Shown one piece after another: positions 1 through 10,825 of a stretch of DNA of 64,000 bases. The translations under genes were made by a program, and so were the position numbers. Positions within the stretch are counted from its first letter, which is position 1; the number at the start of each line of letters is the position of its first letter. The notes beneath the pieces are model-generated. The model saw only the letters and a list, made by a program, of their open reading frames with translations, was not told the DNA's origin and ran no database searches. This DNA is from Hemiscyllium ocellatum (lineage: Eukaryota). The stretch lies in NCBI RefSeq assembly GCF_020745735.1, contig NC_083412.1, forward strand, positions 66,554,320 through 66,618,319, in the 5' to 3' direction.

Positions 1-482
1 CCATCTGGTCATCCATTACTTCCACCCTCAATCATCCTTATGTAATTTTGCACCTTTCTCTGAAACACCAACCTGCAGGTGTATGCATGCCACTGTAGTC
101 ACTCAACTACAATCTTTCCTCATTGTGGGAAATAAGAGCAGAAGAAGCAAGGATGGCATTCAAGTTATTTTGCACCTTGGCACAACAGAAGAGAAGAGGC
201 ATTGGAGTTTGATAGTTTTGACTGCATGCCCATTGAAATAGTGAGGTAAAGAATGTCAGATTGTGTTTTATACATAACTTGTCTTTCCAGTACTCATTCC
301 TTTTTTTTCCCCATACAGCCTTCAGGCAAGCAGCATCACTTTTTTTGGAGGTCTCAGAGGTGTAATCCTCCAATGATCAAAGTTCTTTTTAAAAACATAG
401 ATTTTTGTTTTAAAGTTAAGAATTTCTGGTATGATCCATATGATATGAACCCAGGCCTCTGGTCCAGAGATAGGACATTTAT

Positions 483-774
483 GGGTGGCACAGTGGTTAG
501 CACTGCTGCCTCATAGCGCCAGAGACCCAGGTTCAATTCCCACCTCAGGCGACTCTGTGTGGAATTTGCACATTCTCCCCGTGTCTGCGTGGGTTTCCTC
601 CGGGTGCTCCAGTTTCCACCCACAGTCCAAAAAATGTGCAGGTTAGGTGAATTGGCCATGCTAAATTGCCCGTAGTGTTAGGTGAAGGGGTAAATGTAGG
701 GGAATGAGTCTGGGCGAGTCAATGTGGACGTGTTGGGCCAAAGGGCCTGTTTCCACACTAAGTAATCTAATCTA
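483..774 (+). mobile_element. HE1-like V-SINE (tRNA-derived)
   Basis: A-box TGGCACAGTGGTT, B-box GGTTCAATTCC, V-domain GTGTGGAATTTGCACATTCTCCCCGTGTCTGCGTGGGTTTCCTCCGGG, CR1-derived tail GGGCCAAAGGGCCTGTTTCCACAC ending in (AATCT)n; four more copies in the window. Confidence 0.9.
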
Positions 775-849
775 CTGTACCACAATACCTTACTCTTTTT
801 AGGGTGGCAGGGGACTGAGAACAGAAGAGAAAACAAGTAGGCAGCATGG

Positions 850-1585
850 TGGAGACTAAGAACTATGAAGGTAACATTAATAAAGGGAAGAATAGGCAGA
901 GAGCAGGTGAGTGCAAAAGAAGTGGTGGCCTGAAATGCATCTACTTCACAGGAGGCTCCCAATTACTGAGGATGTCACCTAGACAGGGGACAAAACATTT
1001 GCAACACAAATTCCCAGCTCAGCGAACAGAACCACAACAGAAATTGAAGTCACATGGTGTGCAGGGTGTTCTAGCTAGGTGGATAAAGAACTGGTTGAGC
1101 AACCGAGATAGAGAGTAGTAGTTGAAGGGAGTTTCTCGAAATGGAGAAAGGTGACCAGTGGTGTTCCACATGGATCAGTATTGGGGCCACTGTTGTTTGT
1201 AATATACATAAATTATCTGGAAGAGGGCACTGTTGGTGTGATCAGCAAGTTTGCTGATGACACAAAGATTGGTGGAGGAGCAGGAAGCATGAGGGACTGT
1301 CAGACAATACAGGAGGATATAGATAGACTGGAGAGATTGGGTGGAAAGTGGCAGATGGCTTTCAATCCAGACAAATGTGAGGTGAATCAATTAGGCAAGT
1401 CTAACTCTTGAGTGAATTATACAATGAATGGAAGAGCCTTGGGAAAAGTTGATGGGCAGAGTGATCTGGGAGTGCAGGTCCGTTGTACCCTGAAGGCTGC
1501 TGCACAGGTGGATAGAGTGGTCAAGAAGGCATATAGTATGATTGCCTTTATTAGACAGGGTATTGAGTATAAGAGCTGGCAAGTC
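850..1585 (+). mobile_element. CR1 (HER1-like) LINE fragments, 3'-truncated at the ERV junction
   Basis: LKCIYF (ORF2 start) then RT motifs GVPHGSVLGPLLF, KFADDTKIGG, WQMAFNPDKCEV with frameshifts; interrupted at about 945-1040 by a PLE end. Confidence 0.9.
945..1040 (+). mobile_element. PLE terminal fragment, hammerhead family C (core decayed)
   Basis: CTGAGGA-TGTCACCTAGACAGGGGAC-AAAA-CATT at 966-1000; near-identical to 27490-27590. Confidence 0.65.
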
Positions 1586-2699
1586 ACTATATTTTCCTTC
1601 TCAAATGCCAGGGTAAATGGAATTGCCAATCGCACAATTGCACATATTCCTCTCCAATCCGGAGATAGGGTGGATCTTAATATTTTGCCTCCACAGTACC
1701 ACCATAGATCTGCTCTGGGAACATTCAGTGCTGAGTAGTTCCCTCCCTTGTCCATTTTGGTGACATTCTTAATCTCTGTACATAATTTCAGCTCCCCCAA
1801 ATCTCTGGACCAATTTGTACCTTGTCTATGCACACACGACATGTGATTTCCGACTGCGGCTGAAAACGTTAGGGGAGCTTTTGAATCTTTCTTCTCCAAG
1901 GGAGGGAACATCAGAGATAGGGAGGTACAATTCCTATCATTCCATGCAGTTTTATCCTGATACAGGGCTATCATACATTTCATGCCCTTCCTGTCTCGAT
2001 TCTACCTGAGCAGAAAGGGAACCACCTGGGCCACTGGTCTACCGGAGTCACAGGCATAGCAATTGTTCAGACTTTTTACAGTATACTTTACCCATTCAAC
2101 CCAGGCATTTGCATCCTCATATCCAGTTTCTATTTCAATGGTCTATTTTACGTCCTTTACCTCAATAATTTTTACTACTTTAAGGTCATCAGGAGGGGTG
2201 AAAGCATGTACCTTATTATCCAGTAGTTCTGCTCGTTTTCCGTGTCCTATGCTAATTTGAAAACAACAGCCCGAGAAATCTTTCCCGTTTGTTTTCATTT
2301 CTATCCCAAATGTTTCATTTAATTGTATCTCATAGGTGCCCCCCCCCCCAACAGAATTGCTTCATTCCATGTGGTTTTCTTTATCGTTAAGTATATTGGG
2401 TTACACTTTTTATTGGGACAGTTGAGAGCTTGTCGGAAGGGGCCCGGTGTACTGTGACGAGACTATTATACTAAGTACCATCCCCATTGGACTTAAGATG
2501 TATCCCTGAGCTGCGGTACTGTCTCTGATTATCTACATCCCCACAATTTACTAAACTGCATGCATCAGCGTCTTTTACTTGTGGATTATCAGACTCAGGT
2601 ACTGTTAATAATACATATGAAAATGATATTTGACAAAATCCCAAAACTAAGAGAGCTAGTATCATAACTCTAAGCATCCCCAGCATTCTAAAAATCATG
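1586..2699 (-). pseudogene. env: ERV env (SU only), frameshifted, truncated before TM
   Basis: Hydrophobic leader MIFRMLGMLRVMILALLVLGFCQISFS after the IN stop; ADLWWYCGGKILRSTLSPDWRGICAIVRLAIPFTLAF near the SU end; then abuts antisense CR1 sequence. Confidence 0.85.
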
Positions 2700-2769
2700 C
2701 TGAAGCACAAAAAAAACTTAATATGCAATCCTACAGAAATAATCCCGCGCTCGCATCGCCACTGTATAA

Positions 2770-5700
2770 TCAGTTACTCAAAGTCCCTTTAGCCTGAGTT
2801 TCAGTGGGTCTTGCATTGATTCGGCTGTCCAATTTCTCCCTCAACTGGAGATTCCACTGGCCCTTTGATGCGAGTGTAGTGAGTCCAGCCTTTCTCCACT
2901 GTCCTAATTGCCGTGTCGATAGTCAAAAGAGCCTGGTACTGCCCTTCCGGTCCGGCTGCAATTTAGTCTCTGTCCATGATTTTACTAAAACCCAATCTCC
3001 TGGCCAGATGGGATGAACGGTGAATTCAAGGGGTGGAGTATGTGCCAATAAACCCTGTTTCCTGAGGAAAGACAAAGAGGAGGACAAGCCCAGTATATAC
3101 TTCTTCAAGAACAAGTCTTTAGTTTCGGGAATTGGCAATTCTCCATTCGTTCCCAGATAAGGTAATCCAAATAAGATTTCACAGGGGGATAGTCCCAAAT
3201 CTTTCCTTGGGGCCGTTCATAAACATTTGGTCCAAGGGAGCCTGGTTTCTATTATCAATTTAGAGAGCTGTCGTTTGAGTGTTTGGTTCATTCTCTCAAC
3301 CCTTCCTGATGATGGTGGCTGCCGTGGAATATGGAACTCCCAGGAAATTCCCAACCCTTTCATTACCCCCTGTAAAACTTTAGAGGTAAAGTGAGTTCCT
3401 TGGTCGGAATCTATGCGGTTCACTAGCCCATATCAGGGAATTATGTGCTCTAATATTGCACAGTGGCAGTAGCTAGGGGGTATGCCTCAACCCAACCAGA
3501 TAGATGATCTACTATGACCAGCATATATTTTAGTCTTCTTACTCTGGGTAACTCAGTATAATCTACTTGTATACTCTGGAAGGGTCTCAATCCCGGGTCT
3601 CTTCCTCTGGGGGTCTGTTTTCTCAAGACTTTCTTATTTACCTTTCTGCATATTATACATCCCTCACATATTTGTTTAGCAATTGTATATATTTCTTTAC
3701 ATCCATATTCCCTAAGAACTAAATCACACATTGCTTGTACTCCCCAATGGCTGCCTTGATGTGGACAGCCATAATTTCTCGCATCATCATTTTGTTTAAC
3801 ATTTCCCTTCCATTAGGTAACATTGATGCATGTCTGCTGATTTTGCAACCCCTAAATCTTTCAATTCTTTTTCCTCTCTTTCAGTAAATATAGGAACTTC
3901 CCGAGGATCTGGGACAGTAGGTATTAGGGAATGAATCACCACTTCTGGTGGGTTCAGGGCTGCTTACTTAGCCACTTCATCAGCTAATCTATTCCCCTTA
4001 ACTTCTGGTTCATTTTCTTTCTGATGACCATTTACATGCACTACTGCTAATTCTCGGGGGAGTAATAGGGACTCCAAGTCCTGTTTAATCAACTCCTCAT
4101 GTGCTAATTCCTTCCCCCGGCTATTGATCAGTCCTCTCCCCTGCCATACCTTTCCAAAAGTGTGCACAACACCAAATGGATATTTAGAGTCAGTGTATAC
4201 TGTTCCCTCTTTATTTTCTAACGCCCTAAGGGCTCTTTTCAATGCATAGAGTTTGCAGGTCTGAGCTGACCACCCATTTGGCACCCTTCCTGCCTCTACC
4301 ACCCGACCTTTCGTCCCGTCTATGACTGCATACCATTATGTCTTTTCCCTTCAATCACCTGGGATGATCCGTCTATAAAAAGTTGGGCTCCTGCATGAAG
4401 CGGAACATCTCCCAGGTCCATGTGGACCTTAGTTTGGTATTCTATAATGTCAAGGCAGTCGTGCCCTGGATTCTGAGGAGATTCTCCTTCCCCTTTCCAA
4501 AGAAAGGCAGCTGGATTTAAACAATTGTCCATGACCAACACTAGATCATCCTTTTCTATTAATATTGCCTCATATTTCAGAATCCGCGAATCTGTCAACC
4601 ATCACCCAGCTTTTTGGTTTAGGATTGTTCTCATTTGGTGTAGGGTGCTTACTATTAGGGCTCCCTCAAATGTAAGCTTTCTGTTTTCCTCCACCAACAG
4701 TGCAGTGGCAGCCACGGCCTGCGCACACTCAGGTCACCCTCAGGATACTGGATCCAATAGCTTCGAAAGATATGCTACTGGCTGTTTCATTCCTCCCCAC
4801 CTCTGGGTTAATACTCCCAAAGCCGCTCCCTTATCTACGGTAGCAATGAGGTGGAAAGGTTTATCTAGAGAAGATAAGACTAACACAGGGGTATGGATCA
4901 GATCTCTTTTGAGTTCCTCAACTAGTTATTTTTCCTCATCATCCCAACTTAGACACTTTGGTTCCTCCTCTAATAGTTTGAGATATAATTTATTAGTCTT
5001 TTGAGCATAAGAATCAATCCACAATCTGCAATATTCCATTAGACCCAAAATTTACATAACTCCCGTTTAGTCCTAGGCAGCGGCATCCCCACTATTCCCT
5101 CTATTTGTTCCGGGCTTATCTTTCGCTTTCCCTCACTAACTAAATGTCCCAGGTATTTCACTTCTCGCTCCACATATTGTAGTTTGTGTTTAGATACTCG
5201 CAGTCCCTGCTGACCCAGGAAATTAAATAATTTGTTAGTAGCTTCTCTTACTCTTTCTCTTCTTTTTCCTGTTACTAAGAGGTCGTCTACATACTGTAAC
5301 AGGGCAGTCCCCTTGGGGCTGCTAAATTTCTCCAATATTTGTTCTAACATCTGTCCAAATAAATTTGGGGATTCCGTAAAACCCCTGGGGGAGCATGGTC
5401 CACCGGTGTTGCTGTTTCCATCCTGTCTTGAGATCTTCCCATTCAAAGGCAAACAAATTCCTACCTTCCTCTGCTAAGGGACAAGCCCAAAAGGCATCCT
5501 TTAAATCTATTGCACTAAACCATTTGTGGTCATGAGGGATCTTACTTAATAACATATAGGGATTAGGCACCACTGGGTGCCTGATCTGTACTATTCAATT
5601 CAATGTTCTCCAATCCTGCACCAATCGATAAGTTCCATCGGACTTCCGCACTGGTAGGATTGGAGTATTATAAGGAGACATACATGGTTCCAATAGTCCA

Positions 5701-6250
5701 TCTCTAATCAGTCCCTCAATTGCTGGCTGCAGTCCTCATTTACCTTCTAGGGAAATGGGATATTGTCGCTCACAGACAACGTCCCCTTTCCTTTTTAAAC
5801 ATATTTCTAGGGGAGGGATCTACGATTCCCTTCTCTTGCCCATACAATAGGGTCTATCGCTCTCTCCACATCCTCTGTCAACATTGCCATTTGTACAACT
5901 AATTCTTTTTCCTGAATTCCAATCTCTAGTCCTAAAAGGATAATTAAATCTCTCCCTTGTAAGTTACTTCCTATATCAGAGATATACAACAGTTCCCCTG
6001 TGACCCTATCCTTAGGACCTTCTATCATCATAGGTTCAAATACTGGAACAGTAAACCTTCCCCTTTTACCTCGGAAACAGTAATTGACCATCTTCACATT
6101 CCTACTTTCTTTGGTTTATAATTCAGCGATGACCGTGCTGCCCTCGCCCCACCGTATCTACTAGAAAGACTACCTCTTCCCTACAGGGTCCCACCTTCAA
6201 GTTTATCAAGGGTTCCTGGTGGGTCCCCGGGGACAGGAACCCCGACACCC
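2770..6250 (-). pseudogene. pol: ERV pro-pol (protease, RT, RNase H, integrase), frameshifted
   Basis: FLVDT protease site; YNTPILPV, DLKDAFW, LPQGFTESP, LQYVDDLL (RT); VYTDSKY and GNRLADEVAK (RNase H); QVDYTELP, DSDQGTHF, SSGRVERMN (IN); stop at 2770-2772. Confidence 0.92.
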
Positions 6251-6253
6251 CTA
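6190..6253 (-). promoter_or_regulatory. gag amber-readthrough signal (TAG + 8-nt spacer + pseudoknot)
   Basis: TAG GGGTGTCG GGGTTCCTG...CAGGAACCC (9-bp stem 1); CCCAC in loop 1 pairs with GTGGG 15 nt downstream (stem 2); same layout as the MLV signal. Confidence 0.75.
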
Positions 6254-7874
6254 TTCTTCATCAAAATTCATAAGCGGAATTGCCCTTTCTTTCCTTTGTA
6301 TATTAGGACATTCCCACTTAAAGTGCCTTTCTTTCCGCAATAATAGCATCCTGCCTGTGGAGACTTCCATCTCTGCCCCTGTCACCCGAACCCTTTATCA
6401 AATGCTTCCCCTTGTTCTTTCCCTCTCCCTCTTCCTCTCTGTCCTACATGCTACCACCCGCTGCTCCGGTTGCTCTATATTGGTTCCATTCTTTTCTTAA
6501 CTACCTCATCAACCGTAGCTACCATCATTTTTGCCTTCTGTTTTTGTCTCTCATCCTGTCTCTTTACAAACACTTTCTGTGCCTCTCTTAACAATTCATC
6601 TAATGGCTTTTCGCTCAATCCTTCTATCTTCTGTATCTTTCTCTGTATGTCTGGCCATGCCTTTGTCTGTATGTCTGGCCATGTCACAAAATGTACTTTC
6701 AAAAGACCCTGTGCCACTAGGTCCTCAGGGTTCATTCCAGAGTATTTCTGCATTGAGTCTCTCAATCTTTGCAAGAAAGCTGAGGGAGTCTCATCTTTCT
6801 CCTGTCTAACTTCAAAGGCTTTAGTCAAATTCTGCGACTTTGGAACTGCGTCTGTTATTCCTTTTAGAATCAGGTCTTTCAATTCCCTCATTTCTTCTCT
6901 ATGCTCCGGGTTTTGATTTTCCCACTGGGGGTCTCTGAGGGGAAACTTCGTCTCTCCCTGTCCAGCATCTCCATCCCCAATGGGATGTTCCCTCTCCCAT
7001 ATTGTCATGGCTGCTCCTCGTATAAGTCCCCTTTCTTCCCCAGTAATTAGTATATTCAAAATAGACATTATCTCAGCCCACGTATATAGACTGGGCCCCA
7101 AAAATTGATCAATTTGTTCAGACAACCCTACCGGATCCTCAACCAGGACCTTCATCTCCTTTTTAAATGTTCTGACCTCCCCACTGGTGAGGGGGCACTT
7201 ACAAACCCAATCTCTTTGTCTCCTATTGGTACATCCTGAATGGGATAAGTCTTTATGTTCTTCCCCTTTTTTTGTTTTGTCTATCCCCCTTAGGCTTTGG
7301 TTTAGATACTCCGGAGGCCTCCTCTACATCTACTTTATCTTCCTTTCTCTTGTTGAGGAATGAAGGTCAGGAACAACAACATCCCCGTCCACTGCCCCTT
7401 CGTCCTCCTCTTGTGGGTCATCTGATCCCTGTCCCTGTCTGTCTGTCTCTCCTTCTCCCCCATTTTCACCTAATCTGATGTTATGGTATGGGGGAGGCAA
7501 GCAGCCAAAGGGGCAGAGGGGGAAACCCTTGTCTTTACTACCATCATTCCCAAACTGTCCTTCCAACAGGATGCATAGTCCACCTCTTCTTGACTAAAAG
7601 GTTGTTTTTCATTCACATACAAATTTAAATACTGACATACCCAATCCTCGTCCGAACCATACTTTGGCCAGAAGGCAGCCAGACAAAGGATTGGTTCTTT
7701 GGTCCAAACTAAACAACAATATTTAATCATTTTCTTTTTATTTTTTGCCTTTGTACAACTGTTACTTGTCCATTCCCGCAACATCCTCCCCAACGGACTT
7801 TCAGAAGGAATGTTACCAGGGACATTTTCTTCCTTTACTTCGTCGCATTTTGACTTACTCTGCCTACTCCCCAT
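6251..7874 (-). pseudogene. gag: ERV gag (MA, CA, NC), frameshifted
   Basis: Myristoylation start MGSRQSK; capsid ...RQEKDETPSAFLQRLR...; zinc knuckle CYYCGKKG(H)FKWEC broken by a 1-nt deletion; TAG at 6253-6251. Confidence 0.9.
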
Positions 7875-8170
7875 TTCTCGGGGCCCTCGCTAGTCCCTCA
7901 GTGATTGAATACCCCTTTTCCCGGCCACCAAGGCAATACTTAAAAGTCAGTTTTCTTACCTTGGTCTATGCACAGAGTTACCTGGCCCCTTTTCGCCGTA
8001 TTTTCTATCGACCTCCTTTCACTGTCTGATTCAGATGTCTCTCTTGTGGGATGCGTACCAGTCGCCCAAGGGAGCAGACCAAACCGGGACACGAGCTCGC
8101 TCCTCAATTGGGAACAGGACGCGTCTTCCCAGTGTCCAGGGCCAGCCACTCCCCCCAGTGATGGAAGAAT

Positions 8171-8187
8171 ATCCCGGACAGCCCCCA
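8171..8187 (-). promoter_or_regulatory. Primer binding site, tRNA-Pro
   Basis: TGGGGGCTGTCCGGGAT = canonical Pro PBS TGGGGGCTCGTCCGGGAT minus one C, 2 nt after the LTR-terminal CA. Confidence 0.88.
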
Positions 8188-8189
8188 AT

Positions 8190-8636
8190 TGTGAGAAACG
8201 AAGCTCACTCACTTCAATAATTTCAGTCCAAGACAAGATCTGAAGCAATCAGTATATTTACTATACACATGCAAGCGTGGTGCCTGGAATAGGGCACGCA
8301 GAGTTTAGCAAGTACATATCTTAAATATAGGATTCACTACTCCAAACCTGGTACCCATTACTATTGTTTATCTCTTGCCTTATCCAGCCTTGTGCATAAC
8401 AAAGTACAAGTTTTACTTGGCCATTTCACCACATCCTGCTGTGGTCCATTGTTAGGTTTATCCTCCTTCACTACTATCTACTTCCCCCACTTGTGACATT
8501 TCCTCCCTTTCCCCAACCATATTGATCCTTATGACCTTTTAATTGGGGTTTGTTTTTGTGTTTTTGCAGAAGTGGGAAACAGATGCTTACAACTACTGCT
8601 TGTGCAAGCATATCTGGCTTAACCTACATCCTCACA
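8190..8636 (-). repeat. ERV 5' LTR (447 bp)
   Basis: TGTGAG...CTCACA terminal inverted repeats; TATA-like TATATTTAAG at about 8320-8329; AGTAAA at 8262-8257 then TTGCTTCA; abuts the PBS. Outer boundary inferred from the inverted repeat only, as there is no second LTR. Confidence 0.75.
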
Positions 8637-8859
8637 GTGCCTTATCTATTTATCTGCTATTGTTTGCATGCACATTTTAGCTAGTACAAAAACAATTATA
8701 TATTTCCTCTATTATATTATATAGTTTTCATTCTTGTTGACTCAGCTCTTGGTTGAAACAATTATACACTGGTGTGAGTGCTTTTACCTTGCATAAGTAA
8801 TTATGATTGCAGAAGTAACACTACGTTACCTACATCCCAATTAGTGAGATAGTTGATTC

Positions 8860-9830
8860 ATTGGATTTAATTTTCCAAAGCTCATTTGATTTGGAGAAGG
8901 TTCCTTTAGAGCGGAAAATACCTAATGCAACACCTTTATTCAAAAAAGGAGGGAGCCAGAAAGCAGGAAACTACAGACTAATTAGTTTAACATCTGACAC
9001 AGGGCAAACATTAAATACTATTACTAAAGATATTATAATGTAGCACTTGGATAAGTTCATGGTAATTTGGCAGAGTCAACATGATTTAATCAAAGGGAAA
9101 TTGTTTAACCAATTTATTGATTGTGAAGATGACATAGAAACCTATAAAGGGATGTAGATAAATTAAGTAAGTGGGCAAAGATCTCGCAAATCTAGTAGAA
9201 AAGTGTGAAGATGTCAGAGCTGATGAAGAGCCACCTGGACTCAAAACATTAGCTTGCTCTCTCTCCATGGGTGCTGCCTGACCTGCTGTGATCTTCATCA
9301 TATTTTGTTTCCAGTAATAGATTGTTATGTTTTATTGTGAAGAAAATTGAATGCAAGAGTAGGGAGGTTATGCTTCAGCTACATAAGATATTGGCGAGAC
9401 CGTATCTGGAGTGCTGTATACAATACTGAGCATTGTATTAACTGTTCATGTGTTAGAAGTAGTTAAGAAAAGGTTACTAGACCAATATTGGAAGGAGCAA
9501 ATTGAAAAGAAGTTACATAGGATAACCCTATACCCTCTGGGGTTTAGAAGAATCAGAGGCGGCCTAATTGAAACGTATAAAATGCTGAGGAGCTTGATTA
9601 GGTAGATGGTGAAAGGATGCTTCCTCTTGTGGGAGAATCTAGGAGCAGGAGTCATAGATTTTAAAAAAAAAGAGGCACCGAATTAAGTCAGATGAAAAAA
9701 ACAAATTATTCTCAGAAGATTGAGTTTGAAAAAGTCCCTTCCTCAAAAGGCATGGATTCAAAATCTATAAATATTTTTAAGACTCAGGTAGACAGATTCT
9801 TGATTACCAAATAGATGTAAGATTATTGGA
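8860..9830 (+). mobile_element. Decayed CR1 LINE fragment
   Basis: NATPLFKKGG..KAGNYRLISLTS and GGLIETYKML motifs with many stops. Confidence 0.8.
9205..9310 (+). mobile_element. PLE terminal fragment, hammerhead family D (core decayed)
   Basis: CTGATGA-A-GAGCCACCTGGACTC-AAAA-CATT at 9220-9250 followed by the GCTGCCTGACCTGCTG tail. Confidence 0.6.
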
Positions 9831-10825
9831 TGTAGAATAGAGTAGAATATGCTTTTTTGTCACTTGTACTCCAATACAAAAGTGCAGGAGTACAATAAAA
9901 AGTATTTACAATGGCGTCATCTTAGTGTCAAATAACAAGTAGATTTAACAAGTTAAGTCCACTAATGACTTGCATTTATGGTTCAACTGCATTTGTGTGA
10001 CTATCTTGGAGAAATTAGCCCAATAAAGCAAACAAGATTGGGTGAAATTGACAAGTTGTTTATTACACTTGATATTGCTGGAAGAGAAATTGACTAGGCT
10101 GACACAGAACTGACAGTACAAGTAGATCAAGGGTTCTCTTCCTTGAGCTGAGGATGAAGGCAGGTTTTATAGGAATCTTGTACAATAAGTTTAATTAAAA
10201 TGGGGAAAGATGCAATGTATTTGGAAATCGGAAGAATGATCTGATTGTCGATACAATGTAATATCCTGACAGTATCAATGGGTTGTTGATAGGATCAGGA
10301 GATTCCAATTCTCTTTGCAGGGAGTCGAGAATGTCTCTTTTGAACCAGTAAGGTGCTTCCATTGTTCCTGTCCTGGGAATGAGTTGCCTGGTGGTGCCTC
10401 TCTGTCTGACCTGTTCTTTGTTTGGCTTTGGTATTGCTGTGTTATGAGACTGCCCTCGGGGTTTTGGAACAGCTGTGTTGGCCTGGTATTGTCAGTGTGT
10501 TTGGGAAATGTATTCCCTTGTCTGCGAGTGCTGTCTGGTTTCACTCGTCAGCCTGTTTGGTCACTGCTGAGGCATTATGGGAGCTTCTGCTAAAGTTTGG
10601 CCACATTTGATTTCCTACGTTCTGTGTGGATCTACTATGGGTAGGCAGGATGGCAGATATTTTCCCACACTACCATACTATGGTTTAAAAAGGTGTTACC
10701 TTCATAGTACTGACAAAATTAAGTAGATGATTTTAACCACAAATAACAATAATCATTCAGCTCAGTGCAGTTACAACAGCAGATATTCCGACACAATGTT
10801 GGTTTCTTGGTCTTTCCTCTTCATT

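Larger units (their letters stand above)
1586..8636 (-). mobile_element. Class I (gamma-like) endogenous retrovirus, HERV-I/HERV-IP-related; decayed, 3' LTR missing
   Basis: LTR-PBS-gag-pro-RT-RNaseH-IN-env in order on the minus strand with multiple frameshifts; gag N-terminus IP.ESPLG.ML..W...TK.K.KK.MIKYCC..WT.EPI...FWPK.GS.EDW resembles HERV-I-group gag (recognised by eye). Confidence 0.92.

Noticed and set aside
83-100. MHATVV resembles the IFT57 C-terminus (IFT57 neighbours HHLA2 in human)
   Set aside because: Only 5 residues match, the upstream context does not, and the position at the 3' side of the gene does not fit the human arrangement
483-560. tRNA-like A/B boxes here and at 25470, 40580 and 57860
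   Set aside because: They are SINE heads followed by a V-domain and LINE tail, not complete cloverleaf tRNA genes
775-1585. Search for the ERV 3' LTR and TSD
   Set aside because: No copy of 8190-8636 on the left, so LTR dating and TSD confirmation are impossible in this window
1417-1983. 188-aa ORF as an intact gene
   Set aside because: Chimera of an env fragment and antisense CR1 sequence across a deletion junction
4525-6916. Long plus-strand ORFs (4525-5004, 6470-6916)
   Set aside because: Antisense shadows of pol and gag with no recognisable domain
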